From an uncultured Arcobacteraceae bacterium (GTDB taxonomy: Bacteria > Campylobacterota > Campylobacteria > Campylobacterales > Arcobacteraceae), in assembly GCA_964022095.1 (NCBI GenBank), contig CAXHZO010000001.1, positions 288,001 through 352,000 of the forward strand: 64,000 nt of DNA, in the 5' to 3' direction. The notes beneath the pieces are model-generated. The model made no database searches. It saw only the letters and a list, made by a program, of their open reading frames with translations, and was not told the DNA's origin. Shown here piece after piece: positions 1 to 9,004 of this stretch. How positions within the stretch are numbered: position 1 is the stretch's first letter; the number at the start of each line of letters is the position of its first letter. Position numbers and translations under genes: made by a program.

Positions 1-338
1 TTTAATCCTGCATCTTTTAATTTTGTAATAATTCCTTCAGGAGCACCAACTCCTGAAGTAATTAAATTTGTATAAAAACCAAGTTCACTTGCACGTGCTA
101 CAATTTCAACTATATCTTTATTTAATAAAGGCTCACCACCAGAGATTCCTAGCTGAACAGCACCAAGTTCTCTAACTTGTTCCATTACTCTAAACCAATC
201 TTCTTTTGTCATGCCATCTTTTGTTTCAGCAAAATCTAGTTGATTATAACAGTAAGTACACTCTAAAGGACATTTATGTGTTAATTCAAGTAATACCCAT
301 AATGGTGGTTTAATCTCTATTTTTTCATTAGTCGACAT
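1..338 (-). CDS. pqqE: PqqA peptide cyclase, radical SAM (5' part only, runs off window)
   Basis: Manual translation from ATG at 338: [33 protein letters not shown]..., with CxxxCxxC and later SGGEPL; directly follows pqqD. Not in ORF track. Confidence 0.95.
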   Translation of the reverse strand, partial: MSTNEKIEIKPPLWVLLELTHKCPLECTYCYNQLDFAETKDGMTKEDWFRVMEQVRELGAVQLGISGGEPLLNKDIVEIVARASELGFYTNLITSGVGAPEGIITKLKDAGL

Positions 339-612
339 AATTTACCCACTTTCTTTCAAATGCTTCAGCAAAAAAAGATTCTACGTCTTTTTCTAATCCA
401 GACATATCAAATTTTTTTTCTAATGTTTCTACAATTTGATTAAAATTTTTTGTTCCATCACATTGATTCATAATTTCACCAGCACTTTGGTTTAATTGAA
501 CCATACCTTCAGGATATAACAACACAAAACAATCTTGCGCTTTTTCAAATTGCAGTTGAAAGTGATTATTCACTACAATTAATTTTTCTTTGTGCATTTT
601 CTGCCCCTTCAA
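328..612 (-). CDS. pqqD: PqqA-binding chaperone PqqD
   Basis: [18 protein letters not shown] motif; position between pqqC and pqqE; true start may be the second Met. Confidence 0.93.
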   Translation of the reverse strand: MKGQKMHKEKLIVVNNHFQLQFEKAQDCFVLLYPEGMVQLNQSAGEIMNQCDGTKNFNQIVETLEKKFDMSGLEKDVESFFAEAFERKWVNYVD

Positions 613-1312
613 TATTGAAGTATGGAGGTTGTTTTAACTCGTATGCTAAATACAACGCATCACACATTGTCCAAAGTATATCAAGTTTAAACTGTAAAAT
701 CTCACAAGCTTTCTCTTGAAGTTCAACTGTATTAAACTCTTCTAAAGTAATTGATAATCCATGTTGAACATCTCTTCTTGCTTCACTTAATCTTTTTTGG
801 AAGTATCTTAAACCTTCTGGTTTTATCCATGGATAATTATCAGGCCAAGTACTTAATCTTTGTTGATGAATTTGAGGTGCAAACATCTCAGTTAAAGATG
901 ACATTGCAGCTTCTTTCCACGGTCTTTGTTTTGCAAAGTTTATATAAGCATCAACTGCGAATTTAACTGCTGGTAAAACATATTTATGAGAAACCAAGTC
1001 CTCTTTATTTAAACCTACTGCTTCACCTAATTCAAGCCATGCTTCAATTCCTCCACCCTCACTATCATGATCAATAATTCTATCTAACCATTTTCTTCTA
1101 TCTTCTAATGGGGGGTTATTTGACATAATAGCTGCATCTTTAATAGGAATTGCAGTTTGATAATAAAATCTATTTGCAACCCATCCTTGAATTTCCTCTT
1201 TTGTACATTCTCCTTTGTACATTCTAACGTGAAAAGGATGATGGATGTGATACATTGCACCCATACCTCTTAATTTTGCTTCGAACTCTTCTTTGTTTAA
1301 TAATTCGCTCAT
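566..1312 (-). CDS. pqqC: Pyrroloquinoline-quinone synthase
   Basis: [46 protein letters not shown] motifs. Confidence 0.97.
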   Translation of the reverse strand: MSELLNKEEFEAKLRGMGAMYHIHHPFHVRMYKGECTKEEIQGWVANRFYYQTAIPIKDAAIMSNNPPLEDRRKWLDRIIDHDSEGGGIEAWLELGEAVGLNKEDLVSHKYVLPAVKFAVDAYINFAKQRPWKEAAMSSLTEMFAPQIHQQRLSTWPDNYPWIKPEGLRYFQKRLSEARRDVQHGLSITLEEFNTVELQEKACEILQFKLDILWTMCDALYLAYELKQPPYFNIEGAENAQRKINCSE

Positions 1313-1326
1313 TACTTCTCCTACTA

Positions 1327-2244
1327 CTAAATTTCGATACTCATACCGTCATAAGATACTTCTATTCCGTGAGATATCAATTCTTTATATTCATCATTAC
1401 TTTCATCTAAAATTGGATTAGTATTATTTATATGTATTAAGATTTTTCTAGGTTTTTCTAATGTATCTAATATTTTAATCAAGCCCTCATCACCGCTTAA
1501 TGGAATATGTCCCATATCAGTTCCAAGTTTATTTGAAAACTTCCCTTTAATCATTTCATCATTTGTCCAAAGAGTACCTTCAATTAATAATACATCTGCA
1601 TTTCTCATTTCTTCAAATACGTGATCTTCCATAACTCCAAGACCTGGTAGATAAAATAGTCTTTTTCCAGTTTTTTTATTTACTACTGTTATTCCTATAT
1701 TATCACCTTTTCTTGGCTTATCTCTATGGGCTGAATATGGTGGTGCATTTGAAATTAACGCATGTGCATAAAATTCATAACTAGGCATTACTGGAATTTC
1801 AAACTTTGTAGTTGAATCTGGAAGTATTTCATGCCAATTAGTTCCTCCACCATCCCAATGTTTTAACATTTTCATAGTAGGGAATGATGTATTTAATTCT
1901 TCATTTACTTCTTTTGTACAGTAAATTTCATGTGGGCAACCTTCTCTTAACATTAAAAGTCCAGTTGTATGATCAATTTGAGCATCATTAAAAACGATAG
2001 CTTTTATTTTAGTTTCTCTTTTTTTTGTTGGATGTAAAAAAGGTGAGTTATGAATTTGTTCTAAAATATCTGGTGATGTGTTAAATAAAACCCAGTTTTC
2101 ACCATCTTCACTAATTGTAATAGAACTTTGAGTTCTTCTTTTTATTGTAGATTTACCTTCTCTGTAACCTCTACAGTTATCACAGTTACAGTTAAATTGG
2201 GGAAGACCTCCACCAGCTCCTGAACCTAAAACTTGAATTTTCAT
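1327..2244 (-). CDS. pqqB: PQQ biosynthesis protein PqqB
   Basis: [48 protein letters not shown] motifs. Confidence 0.97.
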   Translation of the reverse strand: MKIQVLGSGAGGGLPQFNCNCDNCRGYREGKSTIKRRTQSSITISEDGENWVLFNTSPDILEQIHNSPFLHPTKKRETKIKAIVFNDAQIDHTTGLLMLREGCPHEIYCTKEVNEELNTSFPTMKMLKHWDGGGTNWHEILPDSTTKFEIPVMPSYEFYAHALISNAPPYSAHRDKPRKGDNIGITVVNKKTGKRLFYLPGLGVMEDHVFEEMRNADVLLIEGTLWTNDEMIKGKFSNKLGTDMGHIPLSGDEGLIKILDTLEKPRKILIHINNTNPILDESNDEYKELISHGIEVSYDGMSIEI

Positions 2245-2260
2245 ACAAACCTTTCATCTA

Positions 2261-2306
2261 TTTTTCATAATTGAACTCATATTAACATAAACTCAATTAT
2301 AAAAAA
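2261..2306 (-). other. Long RNA stem-loop in the pqqA-pqqB intergenic region
   Basis: The 46 nt fold back on themselves on the minus-strand transcript; every non-Watson-Crick position is a G-U pair. Confidence 0.6.
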
Positions 2307-2339
2307 GAGGCAAGTTAGAAAAATTTCTAACTTACCTCT
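2301..2339 (-). terminator. Intrinsic terminator/stabilising hairpin after pqqA1
   Basis: AGAGGUAAGUUAGAAA/UUUCUAACUUGCCUCU stem followed by U-tract on the minus strand. Confidence 0.75.
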
Positions 2340-2356
2340 AACCAAAAATACTTCTC

Positions 2357-2431
2357 TTAGTTATGACAAATGTACATTGTCACTTCAAAACCAAATCTGT
2401 TATCTACGAACATAGGTGTTTCCCATTTCAT
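2357..2431 (-). CDS. pqqA: PQQ precursor peptide, copy 1 (MKWETPMFVDNRFGFEVTMYICHN)
   Basis: 24 aa with RxGFEVTMY (ExxxY) core; AAGGAGG RBS; upstream of pqqB. Not in ORF track. Confidence 0.97.
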   Translation of the reverse strand: MKWETPMFVDNRFGFEVTMYICHN

Positions 2432-2467
2432 GATCAGTACCTCCTTTGTAAGATTTTAGTATTTAAA

Positions 2468-4231
2468 TTACTTATGTAATTTAAATACGTGAACTGTCCC
2501 ACCTTGGTTGATGTTTTTAACAAGTTTTGCAACTTCACCACCCCATAATGGAACAGCACCACCCCAACCAGAAACGATTGCGATATATTGCTCACCATTT
2601 TGAGTCCATGTTACAGGAGATGAAACAATTCCTGAACCAACATTAAAGCTATATAATGTTTCACCAGACTCGTCATCTAATGCTAAGAATTTACCTTCAG
2701 GAGTACCGAAGAATACTAAACCACCAGCAGTAGTTAAAACTCCACCCCATAATGGTGCAGGGTTTTTATAATTCCATTTAATATCACCAGTTAATGGATC
2801 AATTGCTTTTAATGAACCAATATGGTCATCAAAAATTGGTTTAATTGTAAATCCAGCACCTAAGTAAGCAGCACCTTTTTTATAAGAAATTGGTTGATTC
2901 CAAATATCCATACCCCACTCATTTGATGGAACATAGAAGTTACCAGTTTTTTGAGAGTATGCCATTGGCATCCAGTTTTTACCACCTAAGAACGAAGGAA
3001 CAGACCATACTGATTTACCTTTAGACTCAGAACCAGGATTACCAGGTCTTCCATCTTTAGTATATAAAGGTCTTCCATCTTTTCCAATTCCAGTTGCCCA
3101 AGTAATATTTGAAACAAATGGATTAGCAGTAATGAAGTCACCATTAGTTCTATCTAATACATAGAAGAAACCATTTCTATCTGCAGTTGCAGCATATTTT
3201 TTACCATCTTTGTTGAAAGAAATTAACTCATTAACACCATCAAAATCCCATCCATCATGTGGAGTTGTTTGGAAATGCCATACAATTTTACCAGTATCAG
3301 GATCAATAGCTAATCTTGAAGAAGAGTATAAGTTATCACCTGGTCTTGTGTGTGAATTCCAAGGTGCAGGGTTACCAGTACCAAAGAATAAAAGGTCTGT
3401 TTCTGGATCATAAGTACCACCTAACCATGTAGCAGCACCACCAGTTTTCCACATATCACCTGGCCATGTTTTACCAGCTTCACCACCAGTAATTCCATTT
3501 TCTTTACCATTTAAGTAACCCATGTGACCTTCAACAGTTGGTCTATTCCAAACTACTTCACCAGTTTTAGCATTTCTTGCTTCAACTTTACCAACGATAC
3601 CAAATTCACCACCAGCAACACCAGTGATTACCATATCTTTTACGATAATTGGAGCAGCAGTAATTGAGTAACCGTCTTTATATTTTGCAATTCTTTTTTT
3701 CCATACAACTTTACCAGTTTTTCTATCTAAAGCAACTAGTTTAGCATCTAATGTACCGAAAATAAATAAGTTTTCGTATAATGCTCCACCTCTGTTGATA
3801 ACATCACAACAAGGTAAAATTGCGCTTGGTAATTTTGCATCATATTGCCATAATTCTTCACCAGTAGCAATATCAATTGCATACGCTCTTGAATAAGAAC
3901 CAGTTACATACATAACTCCATCTTTAATTAATGGTTGTGACTCTTGTCCTCTTTGTTTTTCCCCACCAAATGAGAAGTTCCATACAGGTACTAAATTTTT
4001 AACAGTCTCTTTATTAACTTGTGTTAATTGTGAGTATCTTTGTCCTTGTAATCCCATACCGTTAGATAATACATCCTCAGTAGATTTTACATCATTTAAT
4101 ACATCGTTACTTGTTACAGTTGCAAAACCTGGCTTAGTAACTTTTTGTACATTAGTATCAGCAACACATCCTGTGATTAACGCAGCTAATGAAACAGCGA
4201 TAGCACTCTTTAATAGTACTTTTTTACTCAT
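2468..4231 (-). CDS. pedH: PQQ-dependent alcohol dehydrogenase, predicted lanthanide-dependent (PedH/ExaF type), putative lipoprotein
   Basis: [21 protein letters not shown] vicinal Cys, GGEFG, active-site [13 protein letters not shown] (extra Asp), [11 protein letters not shown]-terminal LITGC lipobox. Confidence 0.9.
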   Translation of the reverse strand: MSKKVLLKSAIAVSLAALITGCVADTNVQKVTKPGFATVTSNDVLNDVKSTEDVLSNGMGLQGQRYSQLTQVNKETVKNLVPVWNFSFGGEKQRGQESQPLIKDGVMYVTGSYSRAYAIDIATGEELWQYDAKLPSAILPCCDVINRGGALYENLFIFGTLDAKLVALDRKTGKVVWKKRIAKYKDGYSITAAPIIVKDMVITGVAGGEFGIVGKVEARNAKTGEVVWNRPTVEGHMGYLNGKENGITGGEAGKTWPGDMWKTGGAATWLGGTYDPETDLLFFGTGNPAPWNSHTRPGDNLYSSSRLAIDPDTGKIVWHFQTTPHDGWDFDGVNELISFNKDGKKYAATADRNGFFYVLDRTNGDFITANPFVSNITWATGIGKDGRPLYTKDGRPGNPGSESKGKSVWSVPSFLGGKNWMPMAYSQKTGNFYVPSNEWGMDIWNQPISYKKGAAYLGAGFTIKPIFDDHIGSLKAIDPLTGDIKWNYKNPAPLWGGVLTTAGGLVFFGTPEGKFLALDDESGETLYSFNVGSGIVSSPVTWTQNGEQYIAIVSGWGGAVPLWGGEVAKLVKNINQGGTVHVFKLHK

Positions 4232-4255
4232 AGTCTCTCCTTAATTTATGTTATA

Positions 4256-4272
4256 ACAAATTGGGAATTTGT
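4256..4272. promoter_or_regulatory. Candidate operator ACAAATT-GGG-AATTTGT in the pedH leader
   Basis: Perfect 7-bp dyad between the -10 box and the RBS; 14-bp reverse-complement copy at 6802-6815. Confidence 0.4.
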
Positions 4273-4281
4273 CTTATCAAA

Positions 4282-4314
4282 AGTATACATGAGAAACATA
4301 GCATAAGTTTAGCT
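4282..4314 (-). promoter_or_regulatory. pedH promoter with regulon motif
   Basis: AGCTAAA-CTTAT-GCTATG-N9-TATACT on the minus strand. Confidence 0.7.
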
Positions 4315-5091
4315 ATTGTTAACTTTTTTAGATTTAAACCCTAAAAAGGCCATAACTAAAGTTATTACTAATGAAATAAATAAGACAAAAAGTGCCTGAT
4401 TATCGACTTTTAAATACAATGCAAACCTAATTGACTCTACTATATATGTAAAAGGATTATATGAAGAAATTTCATATAAAAGTATTGAAGAGTCTTTAAT
4501 TTTCCATAATGGGTACAGTGCTGAGCTTAAAAAGAACATTGGAAAAATAACGAAATTCATTACTGTAGCAAAGTTCTCAAGTTGTTTAATAACTGATGAA
4601 ATAAATAATGCAAAGGCATTTAATATAATTGAAGAGACTATAATTACAGGTATTGTTACTAATATAGCAATAAAACTAATATCAACTCCATAAGCTTTTG
4701 CTATTAATAAAAATGTTACTGCTTGAATAGTTGATACTATTGAAGTAGCAAACATCTTACAAAATAGTAAATAATTTCTATTTATATATGATGATAAAAG
4801 AATCTTCATACTTCCCATCTCTCTATCAAATATCATTGTAAGTGAACTTTGCATACCATTAAATAGTAACACCATCCCTACTAAACCTGGAACTATATAT
4901 GTCTCATATGTAATATATGTTTCATATGGAGGAGTAATTGCTAGTCCAAGTGCAGTTTTAAAACCAACAGAGAAAATAAACAACCATAACAGAGGTCTAA
5001 CAAGTGCTGAAAAAAATCTACTTTTTTGTTTTACAAATCGAATTAACTCTTTATAGATAATTCCCTTCATACAATTAATATATATATTCAT
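4309..5091 (-). CDS. ABC-2 type permease of PQQ-ADH system (PedC/LutF-like)
   Basis: SRFFSALVRPLLWLFIF, LLFNGMQSSL..IFDREMGSMK, LENFATVMNFVIFPMFFLSSALYPLW. Confidence 0.88.
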   Translation of the reverse strand: MNIYINCMKGIIYKELIRFVKQKSRFFSALVRPLLWLFIFSVGFKTALGLAITPPYETYITYETYIVPGLVGMVLLFNGMQSSLTMIFDREMGSMKILLSSYINRNYLLFCKMFATSIVSTIQAVTFLLIAKAYGVDISFIAILVTIPVIIVSSIILNAFALFISSVIKQLENFATVMNFVIFPMFFLSSALYPLWKIKDSSILLYEISSYNPFTYIVESIRFALYLKVDNQALFVLFISLVITLVMAFLGFKSKKVNNS

Positions 5092-5094
5092 GCT

Positions 5095-5826
5095 TTACCT
5101 TACTAAATGGTTGAATGTATCAACTAAATTTTCTTTTTCATATTTGTTAACAATATCTTTTACAATTCCTGACTCTACAATATCACCTGCTTTTATAAAT
5201 GATATATTATCAACTTCTTTTACCTCATCAAATAGATGCGTAATCCAAAGTACACTTACATTTTCTCTTTTAACTAAATCTCTAACATAATCTAATATAT
5301 CAAATCTACTTTTTAAATCTAATCCTACAGTAGGTTCGTCCAACAATAAAAGTTTTGGTTTGTTAATAAGAGCTCTTAAGATTTCAACTCTTCTTCTATG
5401 GCCACCATTTAGTTTTCTTGCTGTTTTATCTAAAACATCTTCAAGCTCTAATCTTTTTATTTCATCTTTTATCGATTCAATAGTTTCTTTAAACCCTAAG
5501 CCTTTAATAGCACCATAGTAGTATAGATTTTGTCTAACTGTTAAATCTAAATCTAATGTTGGTTCTTGAAATACAATCCCAATATCTTTTAATGATTTTG
5601 AATAATTCTCTATTGAGTGTTGATTTATATTAATCTCACCTACTTCTAATTTTAGTAGCCTAGTGATTAATGAGAAAATTGTTGATTTTCCTGCACCATT
5701 TAATCCAAGTAATACAGAAAAGCTTCCCTCATTTATATGAAAGGATATTTTATTTAATACTTTTTTACTACCATATGAAAATTCTACGTCTTTTAGTTCT
5801 AATATTTTTTTACACATTTTTACCAC
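5095..5826 (-). CDS. ABC ATP-binding protein of PQQ-ADH system (PedB/LutE-like)
   Basis: Walker A GLNGAGKS, GIVFQEPTLDLDLTVRQNL, LNGGHRRRVEI, LLDEPTVGLD. Confidence 0.88.
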   Translation of the reverse strand: MVKMCKKILELKDVEFSYGSKKVLNKISFHINEGSFSVLLGLNGAGKSTIFSLITRLLKLEVGEININQHSIENYSKSLKDIGIVFQEPTLDLDLTVRQNLYYYGAIKGLGFKETIESIKDEIKRLELEDVLDKTARKLNGGHRRRVEILRALINKPKLLLLDEPTVGLDLKSRFDILDYVRDLVKRENVSVLWITHLFDEVKEVDNISFIKAGDIVESGIVKDIVNKYEKENLVDTFNHLVR

Positions 5827-5850
5827 AATCTATTTTAAATTTTAATATTG

Positions 5851-5883
5851 ATTATATGACATCTTTATAGCATACATTTAGCA
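5851..5883 (-). promoter_or_regulatory. ABC ATPase/permease promoter with regulon motif
   Basis: TGCTAAA-TGTAT-GCTATA-N9-TATAAT on the minus strand. Confidence 0.75.
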
Positions 5884-5893
5884 AAAATCTATT

Positions 5894-5931
5894 AAAAAAA
5901 TACATAACTTGAAAAGTTTCAAGCTATGTAT
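5894..5931 (-). terminator. Intrinsic terminator after pqqA2
   Basis: AUACAUAGCUUGAAA/UUUCAAGUUAUGUAU stem with a G-U pair, followed by a U-tract. Confidence 0.75.
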
Positions 5932-5959
5932 CATAAAACCAAAGAAGGTCAGTTATTTA

Positions 5960-6034
5960 TTATTCATTACAAATATACATTGTAACTTCAAAACCAAATC
6001 TATTATCAACGAACATCGGTGTTTCCCATTTCAT
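5960..6034 (-). CDS. pqqA: PQQ precursor peptide, copy 2 (MKWETPMFVDNRFGFEVTMYICNE)
   Basis: 24 aa, 22 identical to copy 1 with several synonymous differences; AAGGAGG RBS. Not in ORF track. Confidence 0.96.
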   Translation of the reverse strand: MKWETPMFVDNRFGFEVTMYICNE

Positions 6035-6057
6035 TTCAATTACCTCCTTTTTAAAGT

Positions 6058-6759
6058 TTACCAATCAGTTGGACAATCTTTACAACCATCCATATATACT
6101 CCACTTAAGTTTGCATAATGGATTCTTGTTCCTGTAAAAATTGCCTTATGTAAAGACGCACTAGATAATTTAGTTTCTTGTAAATTCGCATTAGTAAAAT
6201 TTGAATTTTCAAAATTTATTCTTGTCATCCATGCCGCTTCTAAATTTACTGCTTGTAAATTACAATTTTTCATACTAGAGCCACTCATTCTTGCAAACTC
6301 AAGATTAGCACCATGAAAAGATGAATTATCAAATGTACTACCTTGTGCAAATAAAGCCCATGCATTTACTCCATCAAAATTACTATTTGATGCTTTTGCA
6401 ACCTTAATATTTGCATGTCTTAAATCTGCTCTTGCTAAATTTGCTCCTTCAAAATTTGAATTACTCATATCTGAATTCTTTAAAATTGCATGTCTTAACT
6501 TTGCATTTTTAAAATTTGACTTTCTCAATATTGATTTTGTCAAATTTACTCCATCAAGAATTGCTCCTTCAAAGTTAGCCCCTTCGAAATTAGACTCTTT
6601 TAAATCTAACCCCGAAAGATTTTGCTTACTTAAATCTACATTTTGACAACTTGTTTTTGGTACTAGCTTACATCCATTAATTATTCTTATTTCGTCATCT
6701 TCATATGCATGAATTAAACTCATAAAAATAATTAAAATAACTATAACTTTTTTCATCAT
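6058..6759 (-). CDS. Exported pentapeptide-repeat protein (PedD-like)
   Basis: Signal peptide, long A(N/D)L/Fxx repeats, Cys pairs at both ends (GCKLVPKTSC, GCKDCPTDW); adjacent to the ADH gene. Confidence 0.85.
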   Translation of the reverse strand: MMKKVIVILIIFMSLIHAYEDDEIRIINGCKLVPKTSCQNVDLSKQNLSGLDLKESNFEGANFEGAILDGVNLTKSILRKSNFKNAKLRHAILKNSDMSNSNFEGANLARADLRHANIKVAKASNSNFDGVNAWALFAQGSTFDNSSFHGANLEFARMSGSSMKNCNLQAVNLEAAWMTRINFENSNFTNANLQETKLSSASLHKAIFTGTRIHYANLSGVYMDGCKDCPTDW

Positions 6760-6823
6760 GTGCCTTTTGAGTATTATTTAACTTCTAATTTTATATACTT
6801 TAAATTCCCAATTTGCGTATAAA

Positions 6824-8710
6824 TTATCTTTTAAGTTTAAATACCCAGAAAGAACCACCTTGAGATACAGGTTTAGTTAATTCAGCCATGTCTCCACCCC
6901 ATAAAGGTACAGCTCCACCGTAACCACTTGCAAGTCCTATATATTGTTCACCATCTTCTTCCCAAGTAATTGGACAAGAAATAATTCCAGAACCAGTTTG
7001 GAACTTCCATAACTCTTTACCAGTTTTTGCATCAAATGCTTTAACATAACCATCACCAGTACCTGTAAATACAAGGCCACCTTTAGTAGTTAATACTCCA
7101 GCCCATAATGGTAATTTTTCTTTATGTGACCATACAATTTCGCCTTTTACTGGATCAACTGCTCTTAAAATACCTACATGATCATCATAAGTTCTCTTAA
7201 TTCTAAATCCTTGACCTAAATACGCTGCACCTTTTTTGTACTCAATAGGTTGAGTCCAATAATCTTCTTCCCAATGGTTTGCACCAAGATAGAATAATTT
7301 TGTATCTTCATTATATGCCATTGGGTTCCAGTTCTTACCACCTAAGAATGGTGGAGCAACCTTGATAGCTTTTCCTCTTGTTTTCCCCTCTTCAGGTAAT
7401 GGTGGGTATTGTTTTGGATCAACAACTGGTCTACCTGTTTTTGGGTCAATATGACTTGCCCATGTAATCTTATCAACAAATGGGAAAGCTTTAATAAATC
7501 TTCTTGCTTGATCTTCTCTTTGCTTATCAGCTTTTTTCATAGTTTCTCTATTAATTACATAGAAGAATCCATTTCTATCTGCATGTCCAGTAGCTTTAAT
7601 TGTTTTACCATTTTCTACATAATCAAATAGTACTAATTCATTATTACCTGAGAAATCCCATGCATCATTTGGTGTATGTTGGTAGAACCATTTAATATCA
7701 CCAGTAGTTGGGTCAACTGAAATTTGTCCTGATGTATATAAACTATCCCAATCTCTTGGATCTCCACCATCAGCAGTTCTTTCCCAAGTATTCCATGGTG
7801 CTGGATTTCCAGTACCTATAATAATTGAGTTTGTTTCATAATCATAACTAGCACTTTGCCATGGTGCACCACCACCGTGACTCCAAGCTGTTTTTTTACC
7901 AGTAGGATTATTTTTATCATCTGGCCAAGTTGGAGCTTTAGGATCTCCTGTTGGAGTTGATTTTTTACCATTTAATCTACCATAGTGACCTTCAACCATA
8001 GGTCTCATCCAGATCTCTTTACCTGTATCTGGATCTAATGCAAATAATTTACCTATAACACCGAATTCATCACCTGATGAACCATGGATTAACATTACTT
8101 TTCCAGTTTTTTTATCTTTTACAATAGTTGGAGCACCAGTCATAGTATAACCGTCTTGATACCCTTTATTTGGTCTATCTGCATATCCAAATCTTTTTTT
8201 CCAGATCACTTTTCCTGTATCTTTATTTAATGCAACAATACCAGCATCTAAAGTACCAAAGAATACTTTATCTCCAAATATAGCTGCACCTCTGTTAATT
8301 ACATCACAACAAGGTTTAATATCTGAAGGTAATCTATGCTCATATTCCCATATTTTTTTACCACTTTTTGAATCAAGTGCAAATAATCTTGAATATGATC
8401 CAGTTACATATATTTTTCCATCATGAACTAAAGCTTGAGACTCTTGTCCTCTTTGTTTCTCTCCTCCAAATGAAAACGTCCAAGCTGGTACTAAATCTTT
8501 AATAGTTTTAGTATTTATCTCATCAAGTTTTGAGTATCTTTTTGCTTCTGGTCCCATACCATACATTAATACATCTTCAGTTGTATTTTTATCATTTAAG
8601 ATATCGTCCCATGATACTTTTTTTGTTTCAGTACTTGCAACACTAGATTGAAGTCCTAATAAACCAACAAAAGTCATAACAGCTGCTTTTTGTAACAAAT
8701 GATTTCTCAT
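6824..8710 (-). CDS. exaA: PQQ-dependent ethanol dehydrogenase, predicted calcium-dependent (PedE/ExaA type)
   Basis: [32 protein letters not shown] (Ser in place of the extra Asp), FLGGKNWNPM. Confidence 0.92.
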   Translation of the reverse strand: MRNHLLQKAAVMTFVGLLGLQSSVASTETKKVSWDDILNDKNTTEDVLMYGMGPEAKRYSKLDEINTKTIKDLVPAWTFSFGGEKQRGQESQALVHDGKIYVTGSYSRLFALDSKSGKKIWEYEHRLPSDIKPCCDVINRGAAIFGDKVFFGTLDAGIVALNKDTGKVIWKKRFGYADRPNKGYQDGYTMTGAPTIVKDKKTGKVMLIHGSSGDEFGVIGKLFALDPDTGKEIWMRPMVEGHYGRLNGKKSTPTGDPKAPTWPDDKNNPTGKKTAWSHGGGAPWQSASYDYETNSIIIGTGNPAPWNTWERTADGGDPRDWDSLYTSGQISVDPTTGDIKWFYQHTPNDAWDFSGNNELVLFDYVENGKTIKATGHADRNGFFYVINRETMKKADKQREDQARRFIKAFPFVDKITWASHIDPKTGRPVVDPKQYPPLPEEGKTRGKAIKVAPPFLGGKNWNPMAYNEDTKLFYLGANHWEEDYWTQPIEYKKGAAYLGQGFRIKRTYDDHVGILRAVDPVKGEIVWSHKEKLPLWAGVLTTKGGLVFTGTGDGYVKAFDAKTGKELWKFQTGSGIISCPITWEEDGEQYIGLASGYGGAVPLWGGDMAELTKPVSQGGSFWVFKLKR

Positions 8711-8780
8711 TTTCTCTCCTTAATAAAATTTATTTCAAATAAATACAATTAATATGTAACTATTTTAAAACAATTGTTAA

Positions 8781-8813
8781 ATTATACATTTTAATTATAG
8801 CCTTAGTTTAGCA
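8781..8813 (-). promoter_or_regulatory. exaA/pedE promoter with regulon motif
   Basis: TGCTAAA-CTAAG-GCTATA-N9-TATAAT on the minus strand. Confidence 0.75.
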
Positions 8814-8946
8814 TTAATCGTAAATAATAAAATTTATATGTAATTAATTAGTTATTAATAATAGTGTTTATGATTTAATTAATATATTTCATAAATATTG
8901 AAATAAAGTTTAGTTGTAAATGAGTTATTTAGGTTTTTATAAAATT

Positions 8947-8987
8947 AAAAGAAAAATAGCTTAGGATATGAATATTCCTAAGCTATT
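8947..8987 (-). terminator. Intrinsic terminator after beta-propeller gene
   Basis: AATAGCTTAGGA...TCCTAAGCTATT inverted repeat with U-rich tail on the minus strand. Confidence 0.7.
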
Positions 8988-9004
8988 GTGTTAGTAGATT
9001 GAAG

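Noticed and set aside
5909-6118. Track ORF on the plus strand
   Set aside because: Antisense shadow of the real pqqA2 gene and its terminator.
6100-6650. Periodic repeats in DNA
   Set aside because: Explained by pentapeptide-repeat coding; not CRISPR or a tandem DNA repeat.
2468-8710. Methanol dehydrogenase (xoxF/mxaF) and methylotrophy
   Set aside because: Both enzymes carry ExaA/PedH-clade signatures ([27 protein letters not shown]); no mxaI or C1 pathway genes are in the window.
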